A stretch of 60,054 nucleotides of DNA, taken from a virus. Lineage: Duplodnaviria > Caudoviricetes. The notes beneath the pieces were generated by a model. The model searched no databases, was not told where the DNA came from, and worked only from the letters and a program-made list of their open reading frames with translations. Position numbers and translations under genes: made by a program. Of the stretch, positions 1-10,824 are shown one piece after another. Every line of letters starts with the position of its first letter. Position 1 is the first letter of the stretch. The DNA lies in IMG/VR virus record IMGVR_UViG_3300032092_000031, positions 1-60,054 of that record; one strand, written 5' to 3'.

Positions 1-3000
1 TGTGCAGAAATTTCAGTATCACTTCTACCAACAATAAACATTCTACTATTAGAGTTACCAATTTCAAATGGCTTAAAATATATACTATCCCACGCACTCG
101 GTGTAACTCCTAATCCTAAATTGCCTGAAGTATTGAGAGTCATTTGCTTACTTCCACCTGTATAAAAAGTAAGTGGAACATAACTACCTGTTGAACCATA
201 AGTAGAATATAATCCTACTTCTCCAGATTGTGCATATAGTAATCCTTGTATATCGTTTGCATCTGATACTTGAGAATTTACTATTCCTATTACAGAAAAC
301 TTACGCAATGGACTTGTAGTTCCAATACCAACATTAGTTCCATTATCATATACTAAGCTATTACCTATTGTACTTGCACCTGTAAACTTAGGTAGGTAGT
401 TAGTAGTACCTGTACCCGTTACTGGATTAGTTAAAGCGTTTTGCTTATTGTTAAAGGTAGTCCAATCTGTAGAGCTTAAATAGCCATTTTGAGAGCCTGT
501 AGCCACTTGGATAGAGAAAGCCCCAGTTCCACTATTATAAGCCAATGGTGAGCTTGCAGATAGTGAAGAAAGGGTAATAAAGTTTGCACCATTAGTTAGC
601 TGACTTGTATTAGTTGGAATTGTAATAACACCGGTAGTATTATTATATGCTCCCGAACCTGCCGTAAAGCTTAATGCAAGTCTTGCTCTTGAATCTAAAT
701 AGTATAAATTAGTACCTTCTGAGATATTAGAAGTAGTCAAACTCACCGCTCCTGTAAACCCGTTCACCGAACTTACTGCGTCTGTATTGTCTACTTTATC
801 CCATGTAGAGCCGTTAAATATAGCCCAGTCACCCACTTTCCAATCGGTGATACCATTTAAGTTGGTAGAACCAGCTACATCTACTATGTAATAGTACCCC
901 TTAGTTCCTACAGAACTCGTTAATGTAGGGGTATTTGTAGATGCGTTCCATGTGCCTTGAAAAGTTACACCACCAGCTAGTCCTGAGATTTGGTTTTGCA
1001 CCTTACCAAAAGCCTGTAATATAGAATCAGTAGCAGCAATAGAGCCACCACCTGTTAAATTTAATCCTGTAAGTAATTTACCTGTAACAGCAGAAGTACT
1101 TAAAGTTACTGTTGCACTTCCCGGTCCTGAAGCTGTAGCCTCTCCCGTTAATGCAGTAATGTAACTTCCTGCTGCTTGTTTATTATAAAAAGTATTCCAA
1201 TCAGTTGAGCTTAAATAACCATCACTAGCAGCTCCTGATTGAGTAATGCCAATAGTACCTGTAGAAGTTATAGTTCCACCTGTTATTGGACCCGTAGTTG
1301 CAATGCTTGTAACTGTACCCACTCCTGAACCACCTACTAAAGCAATAGTTCCTGTAGCACTTGGTAAAGTATAAGTATAAGTACCATTAGTTATAGTAGA
1401 ATCTAATCTTAATTGACCTGTGAATCTACCCGTACCACTAACATCTAATTTATATGTGTCATTGGTATTTCCTATTGATAAATTTCCAGAGCCGTTTAAG
1501 GTCATTAATCTATTAGCTAATTGACCATTCCAAAAAGATATTTCGCCACCGGTTGTATTTGAACTTAATAAAAGGTTATTTAAATTTATACCAATTATTG
1601 CGTTTCCTACTCTAACTGTATTATCTGCATATAAAACTCCCGTAAACCTTCCTGCGCCATTAACATCTAATTTATACGAAGGTGATGCAGTTCCGATACC
1701 AACATTAGTTCCATCATCAAAGATTTGACTATTTCCTATCGTACTTGTACCCGTAAATTTAGGTAAATAATTTGTAGTTCCTGTTCCTGTTACTGGGTTT
1801 GTTAATACGCTTTGATATTGAGGAATATTTAAAGTAGCCCCTACTAATGTAGCAGCACCACTTGTACCTGTTGTTGTTAAAGTTAAAGCGTTTTGCTTAT
1901 TGTTAAAAGTAGTCCAATCTGCACTTGATAAAGCACCACGATTAGTAGCACTTGCCGTAGGTAGATTAAAGGTATGTGTAGCCGTTGCACTTGAAATATT
2001 AAAATCACTACCGCTTGTACCTGTTGCAAAATATTGTACTTGTGCAGTCAAGCCATTAAGAGCCGTTAAGCCTGTTGTAAACGTAGTAATAACTTGACAT
2101 AAATTACTATCTTCAGTATGTAAAGTAATTGTTCTACCTGCCGTTGTAACATAGATGCGAATAGCTAATCTATCCGTTAAAGTTAAAGTTGTTTGCGGAA
2201 CTGCTAAAGCAGTAAAATATGCTTCAACACTTGTTCCACTATTAATTATCTTAGGGTTTGTGCTATTAGAAGCAATTAGCGTAAAAGTAGTGCCATCGTA
2301 TTTGTATAACTCAATATAAAAAGTTGGAGTACCACCACCGCTTGAAGCCTCGAAATATGTTTCAAAATTAAAGTTACCTGCTGGAATATTTAACAAAGCA
2401 GGGTCATTAGCATCAGTTAAAAACGATGCAATATATCCGTTAGAACTTATTGAAAAATCTGTACCTGTACCGATAACAGGTGTCCTATTCATTTCGTAAT
2501 AAGTAACACCGCCTATTGTACCTTGATTAATAGAGCCGTTCAAATAGTAAGAAACAGATGCGCCACCACCGCTACCACTTGTTGGTAACGTAGCTAAAGC
2601 GCCATCTCCTCTAACATATTGAGTAGCGTTACCTTCAAAAGAAAATGCCAACGTACCTGCTGTAACGATAGGAGAATTACTTATTGAAATGCTATTCCCG
2701 GTAATAGAAGCAGCTACCGAGGTTACAGTTCCAGACGTTAACTGACTTGTTAAAGCTATTGTTCCACTTGCATCAGGTAAGCTATAAGTTCTTTGCGTAT
2801 TATTGGTAAGCGCAGATACATCAAATCTTCCTAACTTATAATTAGTACCTATTGAATCTTGGCTAAAATACATAGAAAGGTAAACCTTGCCTTCACCTGT
2901 AAGACTTGTGTATTCACCTCCTCCATATAATACACTTAAATTTTGTTTAAGACCTAAATACCCACCACCAAGTCCTCCTAATCCCGGACCAATTATATTT

Positions 3001-4439
3001 ATAGAATTTGCAGATAATGTATAAACACCTAAGTTAACATCATTAGTAGCTCCCGTATATGGTACATAATTACCTATAACGCTACCATAGTTAGGAATAT
3101 TTAAAGTTGTTCCTATTAAAGTAGCAGCTCCGCTTGAGCCTGTAGTGGTTAGCGTAATTGCACCTTGTTTACTATTGAACGTATTCCAATCGGTAGAGCT
3201 TAAAAAACCATTGCTTGAACTACCTGACTGAGTAATGCTTATTGCTCCTGTAGTGTTATTATATTGAATAGGAGCTGTTCCGCTTAAAGAAACTAAAGTT
3301 ATAAAGTTAGCACCATTTGTTAATTGGCTTGTATTTGTCGGTATTGTTATTACACCTGTTGTATTATTATAAGCACCACTTCCTGCAACAAAACTTAATG
3401 CAGTTAGAGGAATATAAGCATTTGGGTTAGAAGCTAAATAATAAGTACTATTATCATAGCTAATAGTTGTTCCGCTAATTTTAACAAAGCCAGTACCATT
3501 TAAAGCGCTCTGTTTATTATTGAAAGTTGTCCAATCAGTAGATGATAGATAACCATCAACAGAACCTGTAGCAACAGGAATAGAAACAACTCCTGAATTA
3601 TTTACTAATGGAGAGCTAAATGTTAGATTAATAATATCTCCAACTAGTGCAAATGTTCCATCTTTATCAGGGAACAAGTATTGTCTTGGAGTTGTTCCAA
3701 GAATAGCAGAACTTAATTGAGCAATCTTTTGGCTTCCATTAGCTTGGCTATATCTTATGTGTAAATCATTTTGAGTAACTGCATATATAGAAGTATAGCC
3801 GGGGATTCCTGATAGAGAAGTTGAGTATTGTTTGAAAGCCATGTAACCACCAACAGAACCTGTTCCATTTGAAAGATAGTTCTGTGCTGTTATATTATTA
3901 GCACCTAGATTTACACTAGTAGTTGCCCCCGTATAAGGAACATAAGAAGTAAGAGCACTACCGTAATTAGGAATGTTTAGTATATTGTTAATTAGGGTAG
4001 CTGTTCCTGAAGAGCCAATAGTAGTTAGGCTATTGATTCTATCTGTATAAGACTCATCCCAATTATCTATGTCTGATTGTGTTATTAGTTTTACCCATGC
4101 CGGAACTGTTGGGTCCGTCTCCTCTGTTAAGAAATTAACAGTGTTGATTCCTGTAACCTGAGCTACCTGGCTGTAAATAGGAGTTAAACTTCCGTAGTCG
4201 TATATCTCCATCATTGCCTCTAGCCTCTCTACAATAAAGTCCATACGAGCGTCTCCCACCCTGTCATTTACCTTACCCCACTCTACTGCGTATTTATATA
4301 AAAATATGATGTCTCTATCATACCAATAGGTTTCATCTAGCTCAGCGAACTTCTTGTTATAAGCTACGCTGCCTAATATGTGAATTGCCCTATCAGCTTT
4401 TGATAGTACTGCATTTATTTGAGTTAAAGTATACCCCAT
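1..4439 (-). CDS. Giant tail fibre/spike, N-terminal ~1479 aa (runs off window start; continues at window end)
   Basis: ATG at 4439 overlaps the stop of the upstream gene (TAATG) and reads MGYTLTQINAVLSKADRAIH... The ORF track lists no minus-strand fragment here, consistent with an open frame to base 1. G/T/S-rich repeats (DWxTFxxKQ x5, NYLPKFTG, NVGIGT). Confidence 0.85.
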   Translation of the reverse strand, partial: MGYTLTQINAVLSKADRAIHILGSVAYNKKFAELDETYWYDRDIIFLYKYAVEWGKVNDRVGDARMDFIVERLEAMMEIYDYGSLTPIYSQVAQVTGINTVNFLTEETDPTVPAWVKLITQSDIDNWDESYTDRINSLTTIGSSGTATLINNILNIPNYGSALTSYVPYTGATTSVNLGANNITAQNYLSNGTGSVGGYMAFKQYSTSLSGIPGYTSIYAVTQNDLHIRYSQANGSQKIAQLSSAILGTTPRQYLFPDKDGTFALVGDIINLTFSSPLVNNSGVVSIPVATGSVDGYLSSTDWTTFNNKQSALNGTGFVKISGTTISYDNSTYYLASNPNAYIPLTALSFVAGSGAYNNTTGVITIPTNTSQLTNGANFITLVSLSGTAPIQYNNTTGAISITQSGSSSNGFLSSTDWNTFNSKQGAITLTTTGSSGAATLIGTTLNIPNYGSVIGNYVPYTGATNDVNLGVYTLSANSINIIGPGLGGLGGGYLGLKQNLSVLYGGGEYTSLTGEGKVYLSMYFSQDSIGTNYKLGRFDVSALTNNTQRTYSLPDASGTIALTSQLTSGTVTSVAASITGNSISISNSPIVTAGTLAFSFEGNATQYVRGDGALATLPTSGSGGGASVSYYLNGSINQGTIGGVTYYEMNRTPVIGTGTDFSISSNGYIASFLTDANDPALLNIPAGNFNFETYFEASSGGGTPTFYIELYKYDGTTFTLIASNSTNPKIINSGTSVEAYFTALAVPQTTLTLTDRLAIRIYVTTAGRTITLHTEDSNLCQVITTFTTGLTALNGLTAQVQYFATGTSGSDFNISSATATHTFNLPTASATNRGALSSADWTTFNNKQNALTLTTTGTSGAATLVGATLNIPQYQSVLTNPVTGTGTTNYLPKFTGTSTIGNSQIFDDGTNVGIGTASPSYKLDVNGAGRFTGVLYADNTVRVGNAIIGINLNNLLLSSNTTGGEISFWNGQLANRLMTLNGSGNLSIGNTNDTYKLDVSGTGRFTGQLRLDSTITNGTYTYTLPSATGTIALVGGSGVGTVTSIATTGPITGGTITSTGTIGITQSGAASDGYLSSTDWNTFYNKQAAGSYITALTGEATASGPGSATVTLSTSAVTGKLLTGLNLTGGGSIAATDSILQAFGKVQNQISGLAGGVTFQGTWNASTNTPTLTSSVGTKGYYYIVDVAGSTNLNGITDWKVGDWAIFNGSTWDKVDNTDAVSSVNGFTGAVSLTTSNISEGTNLYYLDSRARLALSFTAGSGAYNNTTGVITIPTNTSQLTNGANFITLSSLSASSPLAYNSGTGAFSIQVATGSQNGYLSSTDWTTFNNKQNALTNPVTGTGTTNYLPKFTGASTIGNSLVYDNGTNVGIGTTSPLRKFSVIGIVNSQVSDANDIQGLLYAQSGEVGLYSTYGSTGSYVPLTFYTGGSKQMTLNTSGNLGLGVTPSAWDSIYFKPFEIGNSNSRMFIVGRSDTEISA
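89..130 (+). repeat. 42-bp exact repeat of 59254-59295
   Basis: CCCACGCACTCGGTGTAACTCCTAATCCTAAATTGCCTGAAG in both places. Confidence 0.9.
354..410 (+). repeat. 57-bp repeat (1 mismatch) of 59501-59557
   Basis: Encodes GTTNYLPKFTGASTIGNSL in both copies. Confidence 0.9.
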
Positions 4440-4969
4440 TAGTACCCTGTTTTAAGGTCATTTGTTATGTATTCTGCTCTATCTAAAGACGCTTGTGCAC
4501 TAGACATATTACCCTCTGCAGCAGCTTTTACGGCAGCAGATTGCTCTATGAATAACCTAATCACATCTCTTACAAACTTAGGATTCTTTTCTAATGACTG
4601 ATTTGTAGACATTAGACTAGTGTTAGTAAAGTATGCAGAGTTAGTGAAACATGTTAAACTGAAAATCTGTGTATCTGTATATATGCTTCCTGTTTGAGGA
4701 GAAGATGATGTCAACTGAAGAACAGCTGTAATAGCTAAGTCCCACGTAAGACCTGTAATTTCAATAGCGTCTCCGGCAGCATACGGCCATACATATTGAT
4801 TGTAAACAGTAGTACCAACGGTTACATAGGAACCATCTGACTTCTGCAATGTTAGCTTTCTAGAGCTGAATGTATTTTTGGCTTCAACCGCATATGTAGA
4901 CGTATCTGTGACAGTAAATCTAGCACAGTTTGAGCCCTGAGACGGTGTTATGATTGCTTCAAAAGGCAT
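4439..4969 (-). CDS. Virion protein, putative tail hub/fibre-attachment protein
   Basis: 176 aa, beta-rich N-terminus and helical C-terminus; translationally coupled to the fibre gene; own -7 promoter upstream. Confidence 0.55.
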   Translation of the reverse strand: MPFEAIITPSQGSNCARFTVTDTSTYAVEAKNTFSSRKLTLQKSDGSYVTVGTTVYNQYVWPYAAGDAIEITGLTWDLAITAVLQLTSSSPQTGSIYTDTQIFSLTCFTNSAYFTNTSLMSTNQSLEKNPKFVRDVIRLFIEQSAAVKAAAEGNMSSAQASLDRAEYITNDLKTGY

Positions 4970-4985
4970 AAGTTATTATTTTATG

Positions 4986-4993
4986 CAAATTTA
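4986..4993 (-). promoter_or_regulatory. Bacteroidota-type -7 promoter element TAAATTTG
   Basis: Matches TAnnTTTG, 16 nt upstream of ATG 4969. Confidence 0.6.
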
Positions 4994-5001
4994 AGCTATT
5001 T

Positions 5002-8000
5002 TTACTTCCTGCGACCTAATTGGAATAGCTTCTCCTTTATCATATCTCCTTTTAGTGTTGTTTTCGAGTACTCTTCGCTTTCCATATATCTTAAATAATC
5101 TATAAAATCCAATTTCTTTTGTTTTACTTCTTTTGAATCGGAACTGAAATCCTTAGACTTTTTGTATAAATCTTCTATAACAGAAGCCTTTGTTTCAATA
5201 ATCGACTTCTTGTACGCATCTAAATATTCTGAACCAAAATTATCCTCGATAGCTCTCTCTGTATAAGCTCCTAGTACTCTTGAGTCTTTAAAAAACTCTA
5301 TAGCACCTAGAACTCCTGATATTTCAGACATTCTCTGGTCACTAGAAGCGCTGTTCATTATATCATATGCAACCCTTCCTCTTATTGATGGACTCCTTTC
5401 TTTAACTAAGTTTATTACAGCCACATCTCTAGTTACATTTCTAACTATAGTTTCTATAACTTTTTGATTCATTCCGTATACTACCATCTTCTTGTACTTA
5501 AGAGACTTTTCAGGACCAAGGTCTTTTTCTATATCTTTTAATAAAGAATTCATGTCATTTATAAGAAATTCTCTAAGCTCATCTATTGATTTACCTAAAG
5601 CCTTAGTCTTTTCTGCTCTTGATTTTATTAGATTCTGCATTACGTCATTCCCACCTATTTCTGTTGTAAGCAACGCATAATCCATCATCTTATTCGTAAC
5701 TTGATTTAAATAGTATTTCTCAGGAGAAGCAACCAGTCTGCTCCCAACAGATGATACAGGAGATGATATAAGTATACCCGGGTCTTCTTTTATAGCCTTT
5801 ATTAATGAATTATCCTTGCCTGCAGCTTTTTCATATATAGAGTTCATTAAGTTCACTGTTATCTGAGTTAATGGGTTTCTCTTAAAGTCTCCAGTAAAAG
5901 ATTCTATTGCAGCTTGCGTTCTAGGTCCTGAAACTAATCTGCTTTTTTCTGCTATAGCCTGAATCATAGGAAGTGTTCCGTCTTTTTTCTCTGCGTACGC
6001 AAAACCACCAGTAGATTCATCGCTTACAATCTCATATCCTGTAAAAGGGTCTATATTTAAAAATCCTTTAGATAGAGCACTTAGCGTTGGAGGTACAGAA
6101 ACTTGACCAACACCAACCATGTCTATAGCATCTCTTACAGAATGGAGCAAAGGAATCATCCATGAGTCAGTCTCTATAGGGTCATTCATATAATCTCTTA
6201 AGCCATAGCTAACGAATCCAGTATACATCTCTTTTGCTAGGAATGGGAGAGGCACTTTTATGAATGCATTAGTAACGCCATCTCCAATATTATGCTTTGG
6301 GTTTCTAATTATCGCATAATTCTTTTTGTAGTAATCAGGCAGAGCTCTATACATCTCTCCCCAATACTCCTTTTCTTTTTCGTCATCAGATAGCGCACCT
6401 ATTGAAAACAATGTGGCATACGTTGCGCCTGCAACCATTTGCGACATTACAAAACTCGTTCTTCCTGGGCTCTTTTTAAATGCCTTGATAACAGCTCTTT
6501 TAGTAGCGTATGATGCAGATAAGTAAGGTATAAAATTATTCATGAATTTAATTGCATCTCCAACTCTAGAAAAGTTTGCTGTATTTCTAGATTCAGATGC
6601 CGCCAACTGACCAGCCTCTTCTGAAGAAAACCCTTTATCCATAAAATATTTCTTAGACTTCTTATAAACTATAAGCCTTGTCATCTTCTCAGTTGCACTA
6701 ACAATTGACTCACTAAAATCTATTGTACTATTAATACCGGATACAACTTGTTTTACGCCAAATAGTTCAAGTGGATTAAATCCAACCTTCTCGAATATAT
6801 TCTTATGACTAATACTATCATCTATGTATTTAATTCCTGTAAATATTTTATTATCATAAAACTTATCCATTCCGGACCTTAGCGCAATATCGCCAAACAC
6901 TCCGTTCTTAACAGCTTCTTTGTATATGGCATCTTTGTTTCTAATACTTGTACTAGCGGAAACCCATTGAGCTGCTATTTCTGTATATCCTACAGGGAGA
7001 ACAGGATTAATACCTCTAGCTGTAAGTATTGCTTGTATCGGGTCTAATGTAACTAACTGTGTTACACCAAATCCAGCATTAGCGATAGTTGCAAAAAATC
7101 TTATGGCTTTTACTCCAAGCACCATTGATGCTATATTTACCCATCTATCAGTTTTAGAGCTTTGATAGAATTCTTTTGAAAACCACTCAGGTACAGTTAA
7201 CATCTTGTCTCCGTCACTATATCTAACTCTCATGTTGATGTATCCATCTTTTGGTTTTACATAAACTTTATCGCCAAATTTATCGGTCTTATCTGTGCCA
7301 TCATTATTCTTTTCAGTCTCAGCTACTTTTACTGCAATATCTTGATTAAATATATTGGTGCTATCCATCTGAGGTAGCTCCGACCTTACAGCAGTATCAA
7401 GCAACTGAAGGGCTTTGTTTGAAGCTATGTTCCTAAGTGCAGTTGTAGCATATACGTTAAATAACGCAGAATAATCTGTTATAGCGGCACCATCAGAACC
7501 TCCCTTCAAAGACTTTATTGTATTTCCGCCCTGAGTTGCTACGAATGAGTTATTCTCTAGTAGCGTTTCATTTATATATCTAATAGGAACGTATTTATAC
7601 TGAGATAAGTCGTCATATACTGCTTGAGATACCAAACCTGCCTCATATTGTTCATCTAATATTGATTTGAATGCAGAGAAGGCTGATTCTGACCTAGCAT
7701 CAATATCAGCGAATTTATCTGATTTAGAAGCTGCATTCAAAAAAACTTTAGCATAATCGGATGTGTATGGAACTCCATTTATAGACTCCATTTTATACTT
7801 ACCTAAAGAATATGTTCCATCTTGATTTCTTATCAAGACACCTCTTTCTGCTATATATTCTAAAGATTTTTGTCTTTTATTTCTAGCTTCTATAACCTTA
7901 TCTGTAGCTGCTTTAATTTCTTCTGACCTAGATTCTATTTCAGACATTATCTTGTCAGCCTTTTGATGCCTGTCTCTAACAAGTTCGACTAACTTATCAA

Positions 8001-10824
8001 ATTCACCTTGATTTTTTTCATCTAAATTAGCTTCTACTATTTTTTTATTTATTTCATTTATCTCTTCAGTTATACTGTCTAGCTTCTTTTTAACCTTTGC
8101 TGCAGCCTTATCTATTGTTTCATACTCTGCTAGTGCGGTATTGTATTCTGCATCAAATTGCTGAAACCTATTAAACTTATCGCCTAACATTCTTTGAATC
8201 TCTATCAATCTTTTTACTCTAATAACCTCTTCGAGTAAACCCTTCTCGCTAAACTTCTGGTTCCCTAGTTGAATTGTAGGCTTGTCGCTAAGTCCATTAT
8301 ATACATTTTTATTAAATTCATTTATCTTCTCGTTAGACTCTACTGATGTTTGTCTAATTTTTTCTAACGCAGATACTAGTAAATCAGAAAATTGACCAGT
8401 TTTTCTAAGCTCTTTTATTACATTTACTTGATTCTCATCAATAGCTTTCAGGAATTTTCTCAAATAAGTTTGATTTACTGTTTTAGCTTCTTTAGCCTGC
8501 TTTTGCTGTCTCTGCGTTCTTGTTGCTGCATGAACTAAAACCTCCTCTTCTGTTGGAATTATACTAGCTTCTGTATCTAATGTTGCATTTTCCTGCGACT
8601 CAGGAATAGTAGCGCCTGTTGTATCTTGTACTGTTGGTTCGTTTAACTGAGACTCAAACTTAGACTTAACATCTGCTTCGTTTATTTTAACATTATTTTT
8701 TTTGAACCAATCTGATATTCCTTTAAATGCTTTATCTGCAGCTTTCTTAAAATCTTTTAATTTTTCATATGTTTCTGCAAATACCTCAAGAGCCTTAGCA
8801 TAAATATTATTAATATCTAGCCCTTGTACTTCAGCTCCTTCAGGCAACTCAGCTCTTAACCATTCAGGTAATACATTAGTTTCACCGCTCCTTAATCTAG
8901 AAGCAGCCTGTCTTGCTTTTTCTGCAACGTCAAGTTTGGGTGCTACTTCCGCTTGGCTGCCGATATTGCTATCGCCAATATTTGCGCCCTGCTCCGTGGC
9001 TTGCCGTTGGCCCCCTTCTCCTTGCCCGACTTCTTGTTGTCTAGGAATAACTCCCGTAGGTTCTGCTGTACCGCCTTCTTGTACGGTAGAGACTTGCTCG
9101 TTTTCTTTAGTGGCATCTTGTTCTATTTTAGATTGTGTTTTATCATCTACTTCTTGAGGAACTTTCGTGTCAAGTGTAGTAATAATTCTTGTATTTAATT
9201 CATCTATTTCTGCTTGTACTTGAGGCTTTATTGTATCATCAGCGTCTTTTAGTTTATTTTGAAGCCCCTTCTTTTTCATTATCAAACCAACAATAGTTCC
9301 TTCTTCTTCAGTACCAACAGAATCCCCTGCAGCTTTTTTAGCCTCATTATATTTATTTACTTCATCTCTAACTGTTTTTGCAAAACCTGCTGGAGATTGT
9401 CCTGTTAATTCTAGCTCTGTAGCATAATCAACTAAGTCGTTAGGGTCTAATGAAGCTAGTGCACTAGTTGCATAAGACTGAAGATATTTAGGAACCTTGG
9501 TAGCCTTACCAACAATAGCAAACGCTAGACCAACAATACCCTCCATTTTTACATTATCTAGAATCTCTTGATTTCTATTTGGATTTTCTAAATTTTGGTC
9601 TGCAAGGGCTTCTTGTCTAACTATCTCCATTCCACCTGCGACAGTCATGTCAATAGCTAATGGGGCAGCCGACTTACCTGCGGCTGTTACGGAATCCTTA
9701 AGGAATTGCTTTGCTTGTTTTGCGAACCCTGTTAACGCCTTGTTAGCAGTAGGTGCAGCAAATGCTTTAAGTATCTTGCTACCAAAGAACTGGCTAGCAG
9801 CACCCTCTAATGCACCTGTTATAGCTCCAGGCTTCTCTGCATTCTTAGCAACCTGCAATGCCTCTTCATCACTCAGTCCATTCATTTTAGCTACCTGAAA
9901 TGCTTGTTGAGCTGCATTTATTCTTCCTGTTCTACCTTGTATGGCAGCAACTGAAGCTAAACTATATCCTGGAACTACTAGATTTACTGGGGCAGTTATT
10001 AGACCTGCAGCAATATCCGGAAGAACACCACCACCACCATAAGCAATTTCTCCTGCTGTACCTCTTTCTGTTGGGACAGCTCCTTGATATTCTTGAGTTG
10101 ATTGACCTGAATACAAGTCTCTTGTTGGTGAACCTACCTGAGAAAGCGTAGGCATTCTTAATGTGCTTTTACCAGATAGGAACTGTATCTTACCTTGGTC
10201 ATCTAATCTATCGTACTCATCTAGGCTCTTTATAGCGTTATATCTATCTTTTACCCCTAGTATTATATTCTCGAATATACCATCTACTTGCCTTGTTACG
10301 ATAGGGTATCTGTCCTTGTTTAATTTTGTACTAAGCTCTCCTGATTTAATATCTTCAGATAATGTTTTTCTTAAATTAGGAGCAACAAAATTGTCAAAAT
10401 ACATCTTGTCTGATGCACTGTTTCTAGCTGTAATTATAGTATTTTCTATAGCATCTGGAACGTACTTTGTTCTATCTTTCTCTATCTCAGCTTCTGTTAA
10501 TTGTCTTTGAGGAGCAAATGATTGTATATCACTAACTTCAGGAACAGCTATTGGCTGCACAGGAGCACCCTTTTCTACCTTGCCAACTAACTCTGGCTTT
10601 GGTTGAGCTTTAGCTTTACGTGGCTTTTCCATACCTGCACCCTGCAGAGATATAGGTCTAGGTTGAGCTTCAGATGTAACACCTGTTAATAAAGGCTGAA
10701 CTCTCCTAGCAGGACTAATAGGTCCTGATTGAATAGTTCCATCTTCAATTCCTCTATCAAAAATAGCTCTCAATAATCCTCCCCTAGGCGGCTGCTGTTG
10801 ATTGTCGTTCTGGGTATCTGCCAT
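5002..10824 (-). CDS. Large internal virion/ejection (cargo) protein with coiled coils and LPD38-like C-terminal region
   Basis: 1940 aa; last of three genes after the muzzle gene; C-terminal motifs TANFSRVG..NNFIPYL, LPDYYKKNY, FIKVPLPF resemble LPD38. Confidence 0.65.
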   Translation of the reverse strand: MADTQNDNQQQPPRGGLLRAIFDRGIEDGTIQSGPISPARRVQPLLTGVTSEAQPRPISLQGAGMEKPRKAKAQPKPELVGKVEKGAPVQPIAVPEVSDIQSFAPQRQLTEAEIEKDRTKYVPDAIENTIITARNSASDKMYFDNFVAPNLRKTLSEDIKSGELSTKLNKDRYPIVTRQVDGIFENIILGVKDRYNAIKSLDEYDRLDDQGKIQFLSGKSTLRMPTLSQVGSPTRDLYSGQSTQEYQGAVPTERGTAGEIAYGGGGVLPDIAAGLITAPVNLVVPGYSLASVAAIQGRTGRINAAQQAFQVAKMNGLSDEEALQVAKNAEKPGAITGALEGAASQFFGSKILKAFAAPTANKALTGFAKQAKQFLKDSVTAAGKSAAPLAIDMTVAGGMEIVRQEALADQNLENPNRNQEILDNVKMEGIVGLAFAIVGKATKVPKYLQSYATSALASLDPNDLVDYATELELTGQSPAGFAKTVRDEVNKYNEAKKAAGDSVGTEEEGTIVGLIMKKKGLQNKLKDADDTIKPQVQAEIDELNTRIITTLDTKVPQEVDDKTQSKIEQDATKENEQVSTVQEGGTAEPTGVIPRQQEVGQGEGGQRQATEQGANIGDSNIGSQAEVAPKLDVAEKARQAASRLRSGETNVLPEWLRAELPEGAEVQGLDINNIYAKALEVFAETYEKLKDFKKAADKAFKGISDWFKKNNVKINEADVKSKFESQLNEPTVQDTTGATIPESQENATLDTEASIIPTEEEVLVHAATRTQRQQKQAKEAKTVNQTYLRKFLKAIDENQVNVIKELRKTGQFSDLLVSALEKIRQTSVESNEKINEFNKNVYNGLSDKPTIQLGNQKFSEKGLLEEVIRVKRLIEIQRMLGDKFNRFQQFDAEYNTALAEYETIDKAAAKVKKKLDSITEEINEINKKIVEANLDEKNQGEFDKLVELVRDRHQKADKIMSEIESRSEEIKAATDKVIEARNKRQKSLEYIAERGVLIRNQDGTYSLGKYKMESINGVPYTSDYAKVFLNAASKSDKFADIDARSESAFSAFKSILDEQYEAGLVSQAVYDDLSQYKYVPIRYINETLLENNSFVATQGGNTIKSLKGGSDGAAITDYSALFNVYATTALRNIASNKALQLLDTAVRSELPQMDSTNIFNQDIAVKVAETEKNNDGTDKTDKFGDKVYVKPKDGYINMRVRYSDGDKMLTVPEWFSKEFYQSSKTDRWVNIASMVLGVKAIRFFATIANAGFGVTQLVTLDPIQAILTARGINPVLPVGYTEIAAQWVSASTSIRNKDAIYKEAVKNGVFGDIALRSGMDKFYDNKIFTGIKYIDDSISHKNIFEKVGFNPLELFGVKQVVSGINSTIDFSESIVSATEKMTRLIVYKKSKKYFMDKGFSSEEAGQLAASESRNTANFSRVGDAIKFMNNFIPYLSASYATKRAVIKAFKKSPGRTSFVMSQMVAGATYATLFSIGALSDDEKEKEYWGEMYRALPDYYKKNYAIIRNPKHNIGDGVTNAFIKVPLPFLAKEMYTGFVSYGLRDYMNDPIETDSWMIPLLHSVRDAIDMVGVGQVSVPPTLSALSKGFLNIDPFTGYEIVSDESTGGFAYAEKKDGTLPMIQAIAEKSRLVSGPRTQAAIESFTGDFKRNPLTQITVNLMNSIYEKAAGKDNSLIKAIKEDPGILISSPVSSVGSRLVASPEKYYLNQVTNKMMDYALLTTEIGGNDVMQNLIKSRAEKTKALGKSIDELREFLINDMNSLLKDIEKDLGPEKSLKYKKMVVYGMNQKVIETIVRNVTRDVAVINLVKERSPSIRGRVAYDIMNSASSDQRMSEISGVLGAIEFFKDSRVLGAYTERAIEDNFGSEYLDAYKKSIIETKASVIEDLYKKSKDFSSDSKEVKQKKLDFIDYLRYMESEEYSKTTLKGDMIKEKLFQLGRRK

